From a virus (lineage: Duplodnaviria; Caudoviricetes): DNA of 64,000 nt. Below the pieces are notes generated by a model that was given only the letters and a program-made list of their open reading frames with translations, was not told the DNA's origin and ran no database searches. Below are positions 1 to 8,574 of this stretch, piece by piece. Where the stretch lies: the IMG/VR virus record IMGVR_UViG_3300047557_002497, positions 1,414 through 65,413 of that record, one strand, 5' to 3'. A program made the position numbers and the translations under genes. Each line of letters opens with the position of its first letter. Position 1 is the first letter of the stretch.

Positions 1-50
1 AACACTCTGTATCTCTGGGCTCTCGCTCTCCACAGTTTTATCTGGACATC

Positions 51-299
51 TTATCCGAACATCTCCAGGGCTGCATTCAGATCCGAGTAGATCGTAAATG
101 CTCCCTTCATGGGAACAATGTCCAGGTGATGCTTGATCATGTAGAGATTATCTCCAATCGGCACGAGTTCATCTCCAGCTTTGGATTTCAAGAATCTCAC
201 ATCGACATCAATCCATTTGGATTGGGCGAGTCCATGATCGAAGATTGTGCTGAGTTCAGGTGCAGTGAACAATCTCGGAACGATACTGATCTGGTTCAT
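51..299 (-). CDS. hypothetical protein (82 aa)
   Basis: ORF with GGAGA RBS and an upstream sigma70-like promoter. Confidence 0.65.
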   Translation of the reverse strand: MNQISIVPRLFTAPELSTIFDHGLAQSKWIDVDVRFLKSKAGDELVPIGDNLYMIKHHLDIVPMKGAFTIYSDLNAALEMFG

Positions 300-328
300 A
301 GCTATCTCCAGTAGCTGTTTACAAGACC

Positions 329-356
329 ATAATACACGCAGAGATTAAGATTGCAA
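329..356 (-). promoter_or_regulatory. sigma70-like promoter TTGCAA-N16-TATTAT
   Basis: Motif read directly upstream of 51..299. Confidence 0.5.
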
Positions 357-451
357 CTCATTTATGTCGATCATCATCTTCATCTTCTGATGGATCGAAA
401 GGAAGATGAAGAAGATATCAAAGATGAAGAGAATCTGATGGACTGACTCGG

Positions 452-1075
452 TCAATCCTCATCTTTATCATCTTCTACCTCAATCATCACAGAAGATGGA
501 GTGACATCTATCGCATTCTTGAACTTCTTCTCCCAAGCATCGATGGATGCCATCTCTGTCGGAGCTATCAGAACTCCACCAGTATGATTGACCTTGAGCT
601 CTTGCTTCTCTCGATATCCCTCATCAATCTTCTTCATCTCCATCTCAATCAATCTAATTGGATAGATCCTCTCAGTGGAGGCGATTGATCCATCTCGAGC
701 ATAGGTGATCTTCTCAGTCCCATTGAATATCAGATCTTGGACATGTTCAATCACTTTGTTCTTATACTCTTCCTCAGCCATTAGGAAAGCGACAGCAAAA
801 TCTTCATCTTTATCAACATGATCTCTGACACACCCAATGGTGACACCGACCTTCGCTGCTGCATCTCCAATCCGACCCCATTGACGATATTCATCCAGGA
901 AAACTCCCTTCGCTTTATCGTCGAACTTAATTCGCTCCATCTTGACTTTCTGACGCCAATTTCCATCCTCATCCTGGTAATCTACGAGGACTGGCCGTGA
1001 TCCACGAAGGAGCATTGATCTTGGACGAGCAGTCATCCGTAGTCGTGGAGTGATGGATTCGTCAGTATCTTCCAT
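452..1075 (-). CDS. terS: terminase small subunit (HTH)
   Basis: HTH-like FLDEYRQWGRIGDAAAKVGVT...DEDFAVAF and C-terminal KVNHTGGVLIAP strand, typical of TerS. Confidence 0.65.
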   Translation of the reverse strand: MEDTDESITPRLRMTARPRSMLLRGSRPVLVDYQDEDGNWRQKVKMERIKFDDKAKGVFLDEYRQWGRIGDAAAKVGVTIGCVRDHVDKDEDFAVAFLMAEEEYKNKVIEHVQDLIFNGTEKITYARDGSIASTERIYPIRLIEMEMKKIDEGYREKQELKVNHTGGVLIAPTEMASIDAWEKKFKNAIDVTPSSVMIEVEDDKDED

Positions 1076-1262
1076 GGTTTCACCTAATCCGCGCGAATTG
1101 AAGACGAAGAAGAGACCTCGCTTAAAGACTTCATATCCCAGCCCAAGGGAAATAGCAAGAACTTAATCCGACGACCATTTCAGAGCTCTTAGCCCTTATC
1201 ACTATCACAGTATCCTCCAGGTTGTTTTCAGTGTAAAATCCTACAACTGATAATTTTTCTAT

Positions 1263-1605
1263 GTATTGCCAAACTGGTCCTAAGTGATGTCAGAGCTATT
1301 TAAGTGATGTCAATCCTTTTAGTCCTAAGATATTGTATTTATTAAGTAATATACTCTATTATATATCTTTGACAATACTGACAATACTGACAATACTAAA
1401 TATCCATCTAGGATAAATAATTTTAAACCTACGCAACTTGGATATAGGTAGTGCCAGTATTGCCAGTGCTGCCAGAGCTCTTATTGGGCTTCACATCCAA
1501 CCAAAAAACCTTGTCATTTTAGTCACTTAGCCTTATATAGTCTAAACCACAACTGAAAAACCTAAGTATTGTCACCCGGCAGTCTATGTATTGTCAGTTA
1601 TGTCA
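1263..1605. repeat. iteron-like 9-bp repeat array A (TGRCAATAC / GTATTGYCA / GTGATGTCA) with AT-rich core; candidate origin or operator
   Basis: TGACAATAC x3 at 1370-1396; inverted degenerate triplet 1448-1474; further copies at 1263, 1284, 1304, 1566, 1588, 1597; AT-rich 1327-1369. Confidence 0.8.
1511..1539 (+). promoter_or_regulatory. sigma70-like promoter TTGTCA-N17-TATATA
   Basis: Upstream of the only convincing plus-strand gene. Confidence 0.4.
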
Positions 1606-1625
1606 AAGCCTTATAGCAAGGATAT

Positions 1626-2300
1626 GTGATGATCAACGATTTCCAACCCATTCGCCCTATCCTCCATCCAACAACTGGCGATCTACTTCAATATTCCATA
1701 AAGCCCAAGAATAGAAACAAAATGAGGCTTTGTGATGTCACAAAGATGGAATCTAGAATTGCATCTCTCCGCTTATACAGACACGCTCGGTCTGGTGATA
1801 TTCCGCAACAGGTAGTCATCCGTGAACTCTACAGTTATGTCACGGAATTTGTCAATCCTAATCTGATTATCAAAATCAGTGAAATGAAGATGGGTGTTGT
1901 TGTTACAGAATCCGTGAGATATGAACCACGGAAGCTAATCAACAATCGTGCTTATCATAAAGCAGCATCCTCATATTCATTCTTAACAGACCTCGATCTC
2001 CAATATGGATTGGAATGGCAGATCTGTCTGTGGCTCAAAGACAATCTTCAAGTGCTCGGCTTCACAGGAAAATCAGGAGCTGATATCCTAGACGATATCC
2101 ATATGATGCCACAAATGGAATACGACCGATTTGAATATGAGGTCGCAACGAAAGTCCCAGACCGAGTTATCGACTGGGACCATCTCATCAATGATTTCGA
2201 GGAACATGACCTCAGGCCATTCATTAAAGTGAAGCCGAAAAAGACTATCGCTGAGTTCTCAGCATTGCAGGCTAAACCACGTCTCAACGAGACGAAATAA
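1626..2300 (+). CDS. hypothetical protein (224 aa), sole plus-strand gene
   Basis: Long ORF filling a gap with no competing minus-strand gene; AAGGA RBS. Confidence 0.75.
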   Translation: MMINDFQPIRPILHPTTGDLLQYSIKPKNRNKMRLCDVTKMESRIASLRLYRHARSGDIPQQVVIRELYSYVTEFVNPNLIIKISEMKMGVVVTESVRYEPRKLINNRAYHKAASSYSFLTDLDLQYGLEWQICLWLKDNLQVLGFTGKSGADILDDIHMMPQMEYDRFEYEVATKVPDRVIDWDHLINDFEEHDLRPFIKVKPKKTIAEFSALQAKPRLNETK

Positions 2301-2322
2301 GCCATCTATCAAGAGATAGATG

Positions 2323-2571
2323 TCAATGCAACATCTCTCCTGACTTCTTCTCAGCAGTCTTCTTCTCAGCAATGACTTCTAGCCTGATCTTGTGCCGCTC
2401 AATAATCCCAGCGAACAATTTGTCGAGGACAGCCTTCGCTTCCATTTGGGCCTGATCAGCGAGATCTTTCCTTCCAAAAGAAATCTCTCGCTCATACTGA
2501 GTCATCCTGAAATCGAACTGATCTCTCAGTGGATCCAGAACATCATTGTCAAAATCACAGACTTTGCACAT
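2323..2571 (-). CDS. hypothetical protein, N-terminal CxxC
   Basis: Tightly packed ORF. Confidence 0.6.
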   Translation of the reverse strand: MCKVCDFDNDVLDPLRDQFDFRMTQYEREISFGRKDLADQAQMEAKAVLDKLFAGIIERHKIRLEVIAEKKTAEKKSGEMLH

Positions 2572-2809
2572 CTTGTTTTCCTTTTATTGAGCAAGTAAGA
2601 GCTTCCATAATAGCGATAGGATTAGAATGGACTTTGGTAATTTCTGCCTTCATCTCGGAAAACAGGACGTCCAAAATCTCGTTGATCTTTTTCCTCTCAG
2701 CCTCAATCCCCATCTCCAAGATCGTCGATTTTTCAGCAACGAGGATCTGTTTTGCAACATTCCTCATATGAATTTCATATCTTTCTTTCAAATTACAGAA
2801 CAGGCACAT
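2555..2809 (-). CDS. hypothetical protein, N-terminal CxxC
   Basis: Tightly packed ORF with AGGA RBS. Confidence 0.6.
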   Translation of the reverse strand: MCLFCNLKERYEIHMRNVAKQILVAEKSTILEMGIEAERKKINEILDVLFSEMKAEITKVHSNPIAIMEALTCSIKGKQDVQSL

Positions 2810-3347
2810 TGGTCATATCCTTGAAGAAGGAGTAAATCTTGTCGAGCGAAGCGAGCTGATAGATCGCATCGTCCAATGCATCATGCGTGTTGTTGAGGAC
2901 ATGAGGAAGATCAGTATCCAGCCCTCCGCACTTCACAAAGAATTTACGAAGAGTGCGGAGATCACGCTCCTGACGGAACGACCAAGGCGCGGCTCCGATA
3001 TGATGTTTGATGATCTCCAGGTCGAACGAAGGAGAATTGGCCCAGACTTCCTGTATTTCTGGATCTCCACAGAAGTGCAAGAATCCCTTCTTGAACTTCT
3101 CCAAGGTCACAGTAGTCCTTGCAGAACTACTGTAACGTTCCTTCCACCACCTGATAGTATCACTATCAGGCATTGTTTCTGTCTTCAAAAGCACATCCAG
3201 CAAATCGAGATTCCATTTGCGAGTTTCAAACTGATTGCATCCAGTATTGAATGCAAGGAATTTGACAACTCCGACCTGAAACATCGGAGCGCGAGGACCG
3301 ACACCGAGAGTCTCGATGTCGATCATTAGACACTTAATTGGTGACAA
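2793..3347 (-). CDS. DEDDh 3'-5' exonuclease (Rv2179c-like exoribonuclease)
   Basis: MIDIETLG, WANSPSFD, ERDLRT and HDALDDA motifs; start uncertain (TTG 3347 or ATG 3326). Confidence 0.85.
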   Translation of the reverse strand: MSPIKCLMIDIETLGVGPRAPMFQVGVVKFLAFNTGCNQFETRKWNLDLLDVLLKTETMPDSDTIRWWKERYSSSARTTVTLEKFKKGFLHFCGDPEIQEVWANSPSFDLEIIKHHIGAAPWSFRQERDLRTLRKFFVKCGGLDTDLPHVLNNTHDALDDAIYQLASLDKIYSFFKDMTNVPVL

Positions 3348-3576
3348 TTTCCCACTTCCCCTTCTTTTTCCCTTGATTGATCCAGCCATCCCTGAGGATC
3401 TCGGCGCATTTGATTCGGCCCTCGAGAGTATCAAGGTTCGGTGCCTTGAACCCAAAGAATCTGGAGGTGTCCTTGATAGTGTTCATCAACCGACGAACGC
3501 CATCTTTATCATCGGTGAACCACAGCTCGACCGGTGAATAGTCATGTTTCAGTGCGCTGCTCATACGAGCCTCCAT
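3334..3576 (-). CDS. hypothetical protein
   Basis: Packed ORF. Confidence 0.55.
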   Translation of the reverse strand: MEARMSSALKHDYSPVELWFTDDKDGVRRLMNTIKDTSRFFGFKAPNLDTLEGRIKCAEILRDGWINQGKKKGKWEIVTN

Positions 3577-3896
3577 TCAACTTGTCCTGTTTCCAGGAAT
3601 CGTTTCAGCATGTCGATCGCCATCTCTTTGGTGATGTCAGCATACTTTCTTAACTCATAGTCATAGACAATAGTCTCATGGAACATCAGAGATGCATCGG
3701 TCAGACTCAATCCGAGAATTTGCTGTGCAGCAAGAAAGAAACCTCCAATAAAATCATTTGGATCATCTTCTTCCATCATAACAGCATGTCCAGCGATACA
3801 CGCAGGAGTCCCACACTCATTGACGTAGGTCGCTTGATTGTAGGTCTCAGACTTCTCCAAGACCTTGATCAGCTTTTCAATCTTCTCGCGGTTCAT
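3561..3896 (-). CDS. phage hypothetical protein (CGTPACIAGHA motif)
   Basis: ATG overlaps the upstream TGA; recurrent phage CGT-x-AC-x-AGH motif. Confidence 0.65.
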   Translation of the reverse strand: MNREKIEKLIKVLEKSETYNQATYVNECGTPACIAGHAVMMEEDDPNDFIGGFFLAAQQILGLSLTDASLMFHETIVYDYELRKYADITKEMAIDMLKRFLETGQVEWRLV

Positions 3897-4078
3897 CAGA
3901 ACATTCCAACGATTCTTACGATCAAAGCAACAAGACCATAGATGAAGCCAAATTCGAAGACCGGAAGTGCGACATTCTTCATAGCTTGCATCAGAGGAAT
4001 TGTTGGTTTCTGACCCATGATGAAGAAGCATTGCACTCCACAGACCAGGAAACAGGCGATTTCAAATGCAAAGCTCAT
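3896..4078 (-). CDS. small membrane protein
   Basis: Two hydrophobic segments; coupled start and stop. Confidence 0.55.
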   Translation of the reverse strand: MSFAFEIACFLVCGVQCFFIMGQKPTIPLMQAMKNVALPVFEFGFIYGLVALIVRIVGMF

Positions 4079-4239
4079 TCCAGCACCTCCGGGACGCACA
4101 CGAACGTCAGCTCAGGTTGATCGACGATTTTGGTCACGATCAACCTCGTTTCTTCGCATCCTTCCATGGTCGGATGGGTCAACAAATGAGTGAACCCATT
4201 CGGCCCATAGACATGGAGCACAAACACGATGACTTTCAT
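4075..4239 (-). CDS. hypothetical protein (54 aa, MKVIVFVLHVYGPNG...), not in ORF track
   Basis: Translated by hand; abuts both neighbours; GGAGGA RBS. Confidence 0.55.
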   Translation of the reverse strand: MKVIVFVLHVYGPNGFTHLLTHPTMEGCEETRLIVTKIVDQPELTFVCVPEVLE

Positions 4240-4689
4240 TCAGTCCTCCACAAAGAGTTCGAAGGGAACCGTGAGCTGAAGATCGGCTTTCACGCCGTCG
4301 CTGATCAGCTCTCCAGTTTCCTGGTCGTATTTCGGTTGAACGGAGTAGCGACGGTTGGAAACGATCAGCCTCGGAACGTAGGTCGGCCCGAAGTAACCGC
4401 TGATCGCATTGATCGCTTCCGGAAGCCATTCTTCGACTTCATTCATCGGTGTGAGATCAAGGCAGATCTCTTCCCCGCCGATCTGCGCGTGCCTGATGCC
4501 GATGATCTTCTCCAGATTCTGCATCAGGAGTGCTTCTTCGACGTTCGGCTCGCCATAACGGGAATGAACGTAACGCTCGGCGTTGATCTTGCGATCGACA
4601 AAGAACGAAGCACGCTCGCTGTTCGGCCAGAGCATGAGTTTCAGTTTGCGGGAAACCGCAGGCAGTGTGTTCTTCTTGGGCATTTTCAT
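4240..4689 (-). CDS. hypothetical protein
   Basis: GGAGA RBS inside the duplicated leader; own promoter. Confidence 0.7.
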   Translation of the reverse strand: MKMPKKNTLPAVSRKLKLMLWPNSERASFFVDRKINAERYVHSRYGEPNVEEALLMQNLEKIIGIRHAQIGGEEICLDLTPMNEVEEWLPEAINAISGYFGPTYVPRLIVSNRRYSVQPKYDQETGELISDGVKADLQLTVPFELFVED

Positions 4690-4743
4690 ATCTCCAGGTT
4701 GGTAGCCATGCTTAAACATACCTCACGACTGGTCTTCAAACAA
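4684..4743 (-). promoter_or_regulatory. promoter TTGTTT-N17-TATGTT plus 32-bp leader duplicated at 8278-8309
   Basis: TTTCATATCTCCAGGTTGGTAGCCATGCTTAA identical at 4684-4715 and 8278-8309. Confidence 0.7.
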
Positions 4744-4845
4744 GCATCAATATGTCAGCCACCAAATTTGCCACCTGCCACCTAGGCTAAGGCCATTCTT
4801 TGCCTTCTCCGATGCGTCAGAGGGGCCTCAGAGCCCTAAACGACT

Positions 4846-4871
4846 TTGCCGGGTAGGGTGGCACCCGGCAA
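4846..4871. repeat. hairpin TTGCCGGGT-AGGGTGGC-ACCCGGCAA (partial copy of dispersed element)
   Basis: Perfect 9-bp inverted repeat; loop identical to hairpins at 22906 and 36969. Confidence 0.8.
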
Positions 4872-4970
4872 GCCTTAAGGGCATCTAGCAGCTATGTGAT
4901 GGTTAGGTAGATTATCATTCCACAAATCATACCAATTAACTCAAAGATAACAAAGATCAAAGGCCACATA

Positions 4971-5168
4971 TCAGAACCATCTTGCAACGAGATTGAACAA
5001 CACGGACACGGGCCAGAAAACGATCTCTGTTGCGACGATCAGTGCATTTGCTTCTTTGGATGAGCTGATATCATATTCTTCAACATCATCCATAAGATCA
5101 TCAAAATCCAATGCCATGGAGATTGCCACGATCAGATAGAGAAATCCAGCGACATACCATCCCATCAT
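4971..5168 (-). CDS. small membrane protein
   Basis: Two hydrophobic segments ending in a FWP motif. Confidence 0.6.
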   Translation of the reverse strand: MMGWYVAGFLYLIVAISMALDFDDLMDDVEEYDISSSKEANALIVATEIVFWPVSVLFNLVARWF

Positions 5169-5419
5169 TTGGCATCCCTCTGTTTGATCTGCATCTCAAG
5201 ATTGAGAACTCGCAGAAGACCGAAGAATGTATGAGATCGTGGCCATTTGGTCCGACCTGAGCGAACTGCCAAGATACAGGAGACACTGACGTTCACGCTT
5301 TCGGCGAGTTCGGCATAGTGGAAGCTATGCATCGCAGTGCGAACGATTGTCATCGCGGCCTCTGCATCACGAATCCCACGATAGGTGTGCAGTTGAGTGA
5401 CGTTTGCTTGGGACATCAT
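5165..5419 (-). CDS. XRE-like HTH DNA-binding protein
   Basis: YAELAESVNVSVSCILAVRSGRTKWPR pattern. Confidence 0.7.
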   Translation of the reverse strand: MMSQANVTQLHTYRGIRDAEAAMTIVRTAMHSFHYAELAESVNVSVSCILAVRSGRTKWPRSHTFFGLLRVLNLEMQIKQRDAK

Positions 5420-5634
5420 ATCCTTCTCTCCTTGTGGATAACAAGTCCGATCTCGTTGTTGACCATCTCGACAGCCTGGAGATCAAACTCCGTATTCTGT
5501 GCAAGATGGATCATCTTTGCACGACAGAACAGAAGCTGATCGTTCAGGCTCATTTTGTCGAAAGCAAAGATAGCATCGTCGATATTCCGAAGACGTTTTT
5601 CCTCACGTCTTGCAGCCATGTATCTTTTGAACAT
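5416..5634 (-). CDS. hypothetical protein
   Basis: Packed ORF, GGAG RBS. Confidence 0.55.
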   Translation of the reverse strand: MFKRYMAARREEKRLRNIDDAIFAFDKMSLNDQLLFCRAKMIHLAQNTEFDLQAVEMVNNEIGLVIHKERRI

Positions 5635-5637
5635 TGT

Positions 5638-5829
5638 CTACTCCAAGATAGGACGGGTAACGATACCGCGCCCATTACGGAAAGCCCAGAAACAATGCTT
5701 GCCGAGCCAAGTCCGATCTTCGCTGTTGTTGTGATCGATGATTTTCTCTTTCTCTTTCTCATCAGTCTTGACGTTCCAAGTCTCAACAATGATTTTAAGA
5801 GGTTTCAGGTTGCGCTCATTGCTGTCCAA
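5638..5829 (-). CDS. hypothetical protein
   Basis: Packed ORF. Confidence 0.55.
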   Translation of the reverse strand: MDSNERNLKPLKIIVETWNVKTDEKEKEKIIDHNNSEDRTWLGKHCFWAFRNGRGIVTRPILE

Positions 5830-6050
5830 AATCGATCTCCTTTTTGGAGTTTGCGTTCTGTGCCATTTGGAATTCTATGGAGAGTGTAACAATCCACAGT
5901 CTGCCAGTTACGGCGTTTTGTTCTTTTGTCCCGATAGATCCTCTGCACGGTTCCATCGAGTTTTGATACTCTAACCCTCTTCTTCGGGCCATACATCCAT
6001 TCGTGTCTGACAGTATTCAACAAAAGACGAATCATGCAATTCGCCTCCAA
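5805..6050 (-). CDS. hypothetical basic protein
   Basis: Packed ORF. Confidence 0.5.
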   Translation of the reverse strand: MEANCMIRLLLNTVRHEWMYGPKKRVRVSKLDGTVQRIYRDKRTKRRNWQTVDCYTLHRIPNGTERKLQKGDRFWTAMSAT

Positions 6051-6249
6051 TAAGTCGGTTAGTTTATTGTCAGCCCGACTAGAATATGATATTGAATAGT
6101 TCCCTCGGTGTGATACAGTTGGGTTCCATCCAACTTTCGCATCCCATGAAGATGTTAATCATCACAAACGTTATAATGATGACCATTATCATGAGACCAG
6201 CGAACTCTGCTAGTGTTCTCATCCATGTCTCCTTTGGTAGCCTTACCTT

Positions 6250-6278
6250 AGTTTAGCCCAAAGAGATAGTTGAAGCAA
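6250..6278 (-). promoter_or_regulatory. sigma70-like promoter TTGCTT-N17-TAAACT
   Basis: Intergenic motif with 17-bp spacer. Confidence 0.5.
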
Positions 6279-6281
6279 CTA

Positions 6282-6611
6282 TCAGTTTTCAACTGCAATG
6301 AGACCATCGTCCCAGTCGTTATATCTCCACATCTCTGGAACATAAGTTTCAAAGATCAAGATAGTCTCAAGTCTTTGATTCTTGTTAAGATCAGGTCTAA
6401 ACAACACACCAACTCGGAAGCGAACTACCCCTTCTTCAAGATGTTGCTCCAAGACTGTTCCAGGAATAAAATCACCACAGATTTCTCCTCTGTAGTATCC
6501 TTTCGGAATGAAAGCATTTCCATCCCATTTGGTCGCATTGTTGTTCCAGAATCCTATCCGAGTTCCTGCTACAACTCTCACAGTTTCCATCCTGCTGCCC
6601 ATTCTGGCCAT
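6282..6611 (-). CDS. hypothetical protein
   Basis: Packed ORF. Confidence 0.55.
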   Translation of the reverse strand: MARMGSRMETVRVVAGTRIGFWNNNATKWDGNAFIPKGYYRGEICGDFIPGTVLEQHLEEGVVRFRVGVLFRPDLNKNQRLETILIFETYVPEMWRYNDWDDGLIAVEN

Positions 6612-7099
6612 CCCCTTACTGTGTATTCTGGCCTCCTCTTATCAGTCACCCAGCGACTCATCAAGTATTGTCTGTATGAAAGCGGAACAATCAGATAAGA
6701 GAAATCCAAACCAAGCGATCTATTCTTTGCTTGATTGACAAATGGTAACAGTCCACCAGCCGGTAGACAATCTCTATATCCACCGAGATATGGTAATCTA
6801 TATCCTGATGCGTGTTGAGATCCAAATCTCAAAGTATACTCTGATCTTAATGCATCAGCATAATTGAGAGTCCACATGAAATTCTCATAGGTCTCTCCAA
6901 CCCATAAAGTGACAGGATTAGTCTGATGAGTAGGTCTGCAGAGCATTTCTGGACCATACTGCAAATCATTAGGATCACCATGTTTCTCAACAGCAACGCT
7001 CATCATCTGTGTGCATTCCATGAGAGCTTTGCCGATACGTTTATCGTCAAGACCAGCCGCAGCTAGTCTTGGATTTTCATCAAGAATGAATAGGTTCAT
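6578..7099 (-). CDS. pyrimidine-dimer DNA glycosylase / endonuclease V-like protein
   Basis: MNLFILDENPRLAA...DDKRIGK...ECTQM...PTH..NP...W family pattern. Confidence 0.75.
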   Translation of the reverse strand: MNLFILDENPRLAAAGLDDKRIGKALMECTQMMSVAVEKHGDPNDLQYGPEMLCRPTHQTNPVTLWVGETYENFMWTLNYADALRSEYTLRFGSQHASGYRLPYLGGYRDCLPAGGLLPFVNQAKNRSLGLDFSYLIVPLSYRQYLMSRWVTDKRRPEYTVRGWPEWAAGWKL

Positions 7100-7347
7100 T
7101 CTCTTCTCCAAACTCTCGTGCCAGGAATTTCTTCTTCTCCATTTAAATAAGGACCTTTGGCTGATCTGCAGACGAACTTGTAGCCAAGCTTCTTGCGATA
7201 CGTGGTCGCAGCATTCTGCATCTGCTCAACAGTTTTACCTGGAGCAAAGAACGAATCACCAATCTGCATATCTTTGAAAGGATATTTGGATTTGGTGTTG
7301 AACTCAGGAATCGGAATTCCTTTTTCAATCTTGAACTCATTCATCAT
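7096..7347 (-). CDS. small phage DNA-binding-like protein
   Basis: IEKGIPIP...KYPFKDMQIGDSFF...RVWR signature. Confidence 0.65.
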   Translation of the reverse strand: MMNEFKIEKGIPIPEFNTKSKYPFKDMQIGDSFFAPGKTVEQMQNAATTYRKKLGYKFVCRSAKGPYLNGEEEIPGTRVWRRE

Positions 7348-7531
7348 ATCGAAGCCGCCTCTTCCATTGCGTTGTTCATGATGTCTTGTCCGTCTAGAAA
7401 GATGGATGCAAACTCTTTCGGAGTGTATATCCTAGTCTCTCCAGCTATGATCATTTTCACAATTCTTACTGCGAAAACTCCATCACCGAGATCATCAAGA
7501 TCCATACTGATCTTAACTTCTATGATTCTAT

Positions 7532-7768
7532 CTATTTGCAAAGATGCAACTCCCCGTTTTCTTGCCGAACATACTTCTGGCCTTTCCCAAGTCCGAGCTG
7601 ACCACAGCCATAGAACTCCCAAGAGATCTGGCTCATCATAGCCCACGGACCAGCTTTGGTCTGTCCATCATAGACGAACTCGCCAGCCATCATGAGAAAT
7701 GGTAGGCCGAAGTCATCTTTTGTTTTTCCCTCAGCTGAGAGATAGCGAGTTGTCATTTCAGACCTCAA
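7532..7768 (-). CDS. phage hypothetical protein
   Basis: YDGQTKAGPWAMM...GQLGLGKGQKY, a recurrent phage motif. Confidence 0.6.
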   Translation of the reverse strand: MRSEMTTRYLSAEGKTKDDFGLPFLMMAGEFVYDGQTKAGPWAMMSQISWEFYGCGQLGLGKGQKYVRQENGELHLCK

Positions 7769-8066
7769 TCATGTCGTTAAACAAGAAGCACAGACTGACA
7801 TTGTCTGGTCCTCCCATTGGGCATGTCTCTTCGATCTTGACCATCTCGTCATGTTCTCCATCAGCGAGAGTCAATTTCTCTTCATGCGAAAGTTCTGAGA
7901 GCCATTTTTCAAGGGCTTTCAGTTCTTGTTCAGTCACACCATCTTGGTCGAGAACTTCGCTTGCTTTGCGAAGGAATTCTTCTTGAGACTCAAAACGATT
8001 GATCATTGAATTGCAATAAGCTATCTCTAATGCAACTTCTTTGATATTTGGATATTGATCAATCAT
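7758..8066 (-). CDS. hypothetical protein
   Basis: Packed ORF. Confidence 0.6.
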   Translation of the reverse strand: MIDQYPNIKEVALEIAYCNSMINRFESQEEFLRKASEVLDQDGVTEQELKALEKWLSELSHEEKLTLADGEHDEMVKIEETCPMGGPDNVSLCFLFNDMIEV

Positions 8067-8278
8067 TTCAGCAACTCAGACAGATCAGTGTGAGCGATAG
8101 CAAGCTGTCCACGCTTGTAGGTCTTGCCAGTGATCTCGCCAGCTTTGCGAAGCATGTTCTTTGGAGTGTAGAGTTTGTTGGCTTGGATCCCACACTCAAC
8201 ATACATCTTGATCGCTGTCTTAAGAACAATCGCAGTATAGCGATCGATTTGTTCTTTTCCCTCGATCACAACACTCAT
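8063..8278 (-). CDS. hypothetical protein
   Basis: Follows the duplicated leader and promoter. Confidence 0.6.
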   Translation of the reverse strand: MSVVIEGKEQIDRYTAIVLKTAIKMYVECGIQANKLYTPKNMLRKAGEITGKTYKRGQLAIAHTDLSELLK

Positions 8279-8337
8279 TTCATATCTCCAGGTTGGTAGC
8301 CATGCTTAAGCATAGCCTATTGAGCCTGGGATGACAA
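8278..8337 (-). promoter_or_regulatory. promoter TTGTCA-N17-TATGCT plus duplicated 32-bp leader
   Basis: -35 at 8332-8337, -10 at 8309-8314. Confidence 0.7.
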
Positions 8338-8574
8338 ATTCGGTTTGTCATTCACAAATCTAATATCTTCAATATTTATGGTGTCTATGAATGGTCTCGT
8401 TTCAAGATATCCTGCATTTATCGTGTTCGTTGATTTTATATCCATATCTTTGCTAAGACCAAGACAGATACATTTCGGAGAGAATGTGCTCGGTCTAATT
8501 GCTATCACTAACCAAGCACTTGGACCTTTCTTTCCACCACCAGCCTTGAACATATCTCCGACTTTGACTTTCAT
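8317..8574 (-). CDS. hypothetical protein
   Basis: ATGA-coupled ORF. Confidence 0.55.
   Translation of the reverse strand: MKVKVGDMFKAGGGKKGPSAWLVIAIRPSTFSPKCICLGLSKDMDIKSTNTINAGYLETRPFIDTINIEDIRFVNDKPNLSSQAQ

Noticed and set aside
1263-1605. CRISPR array
   Set aside because: Repeats are 9 bp, tandem and inverted, with no unique spacers or cas genes.
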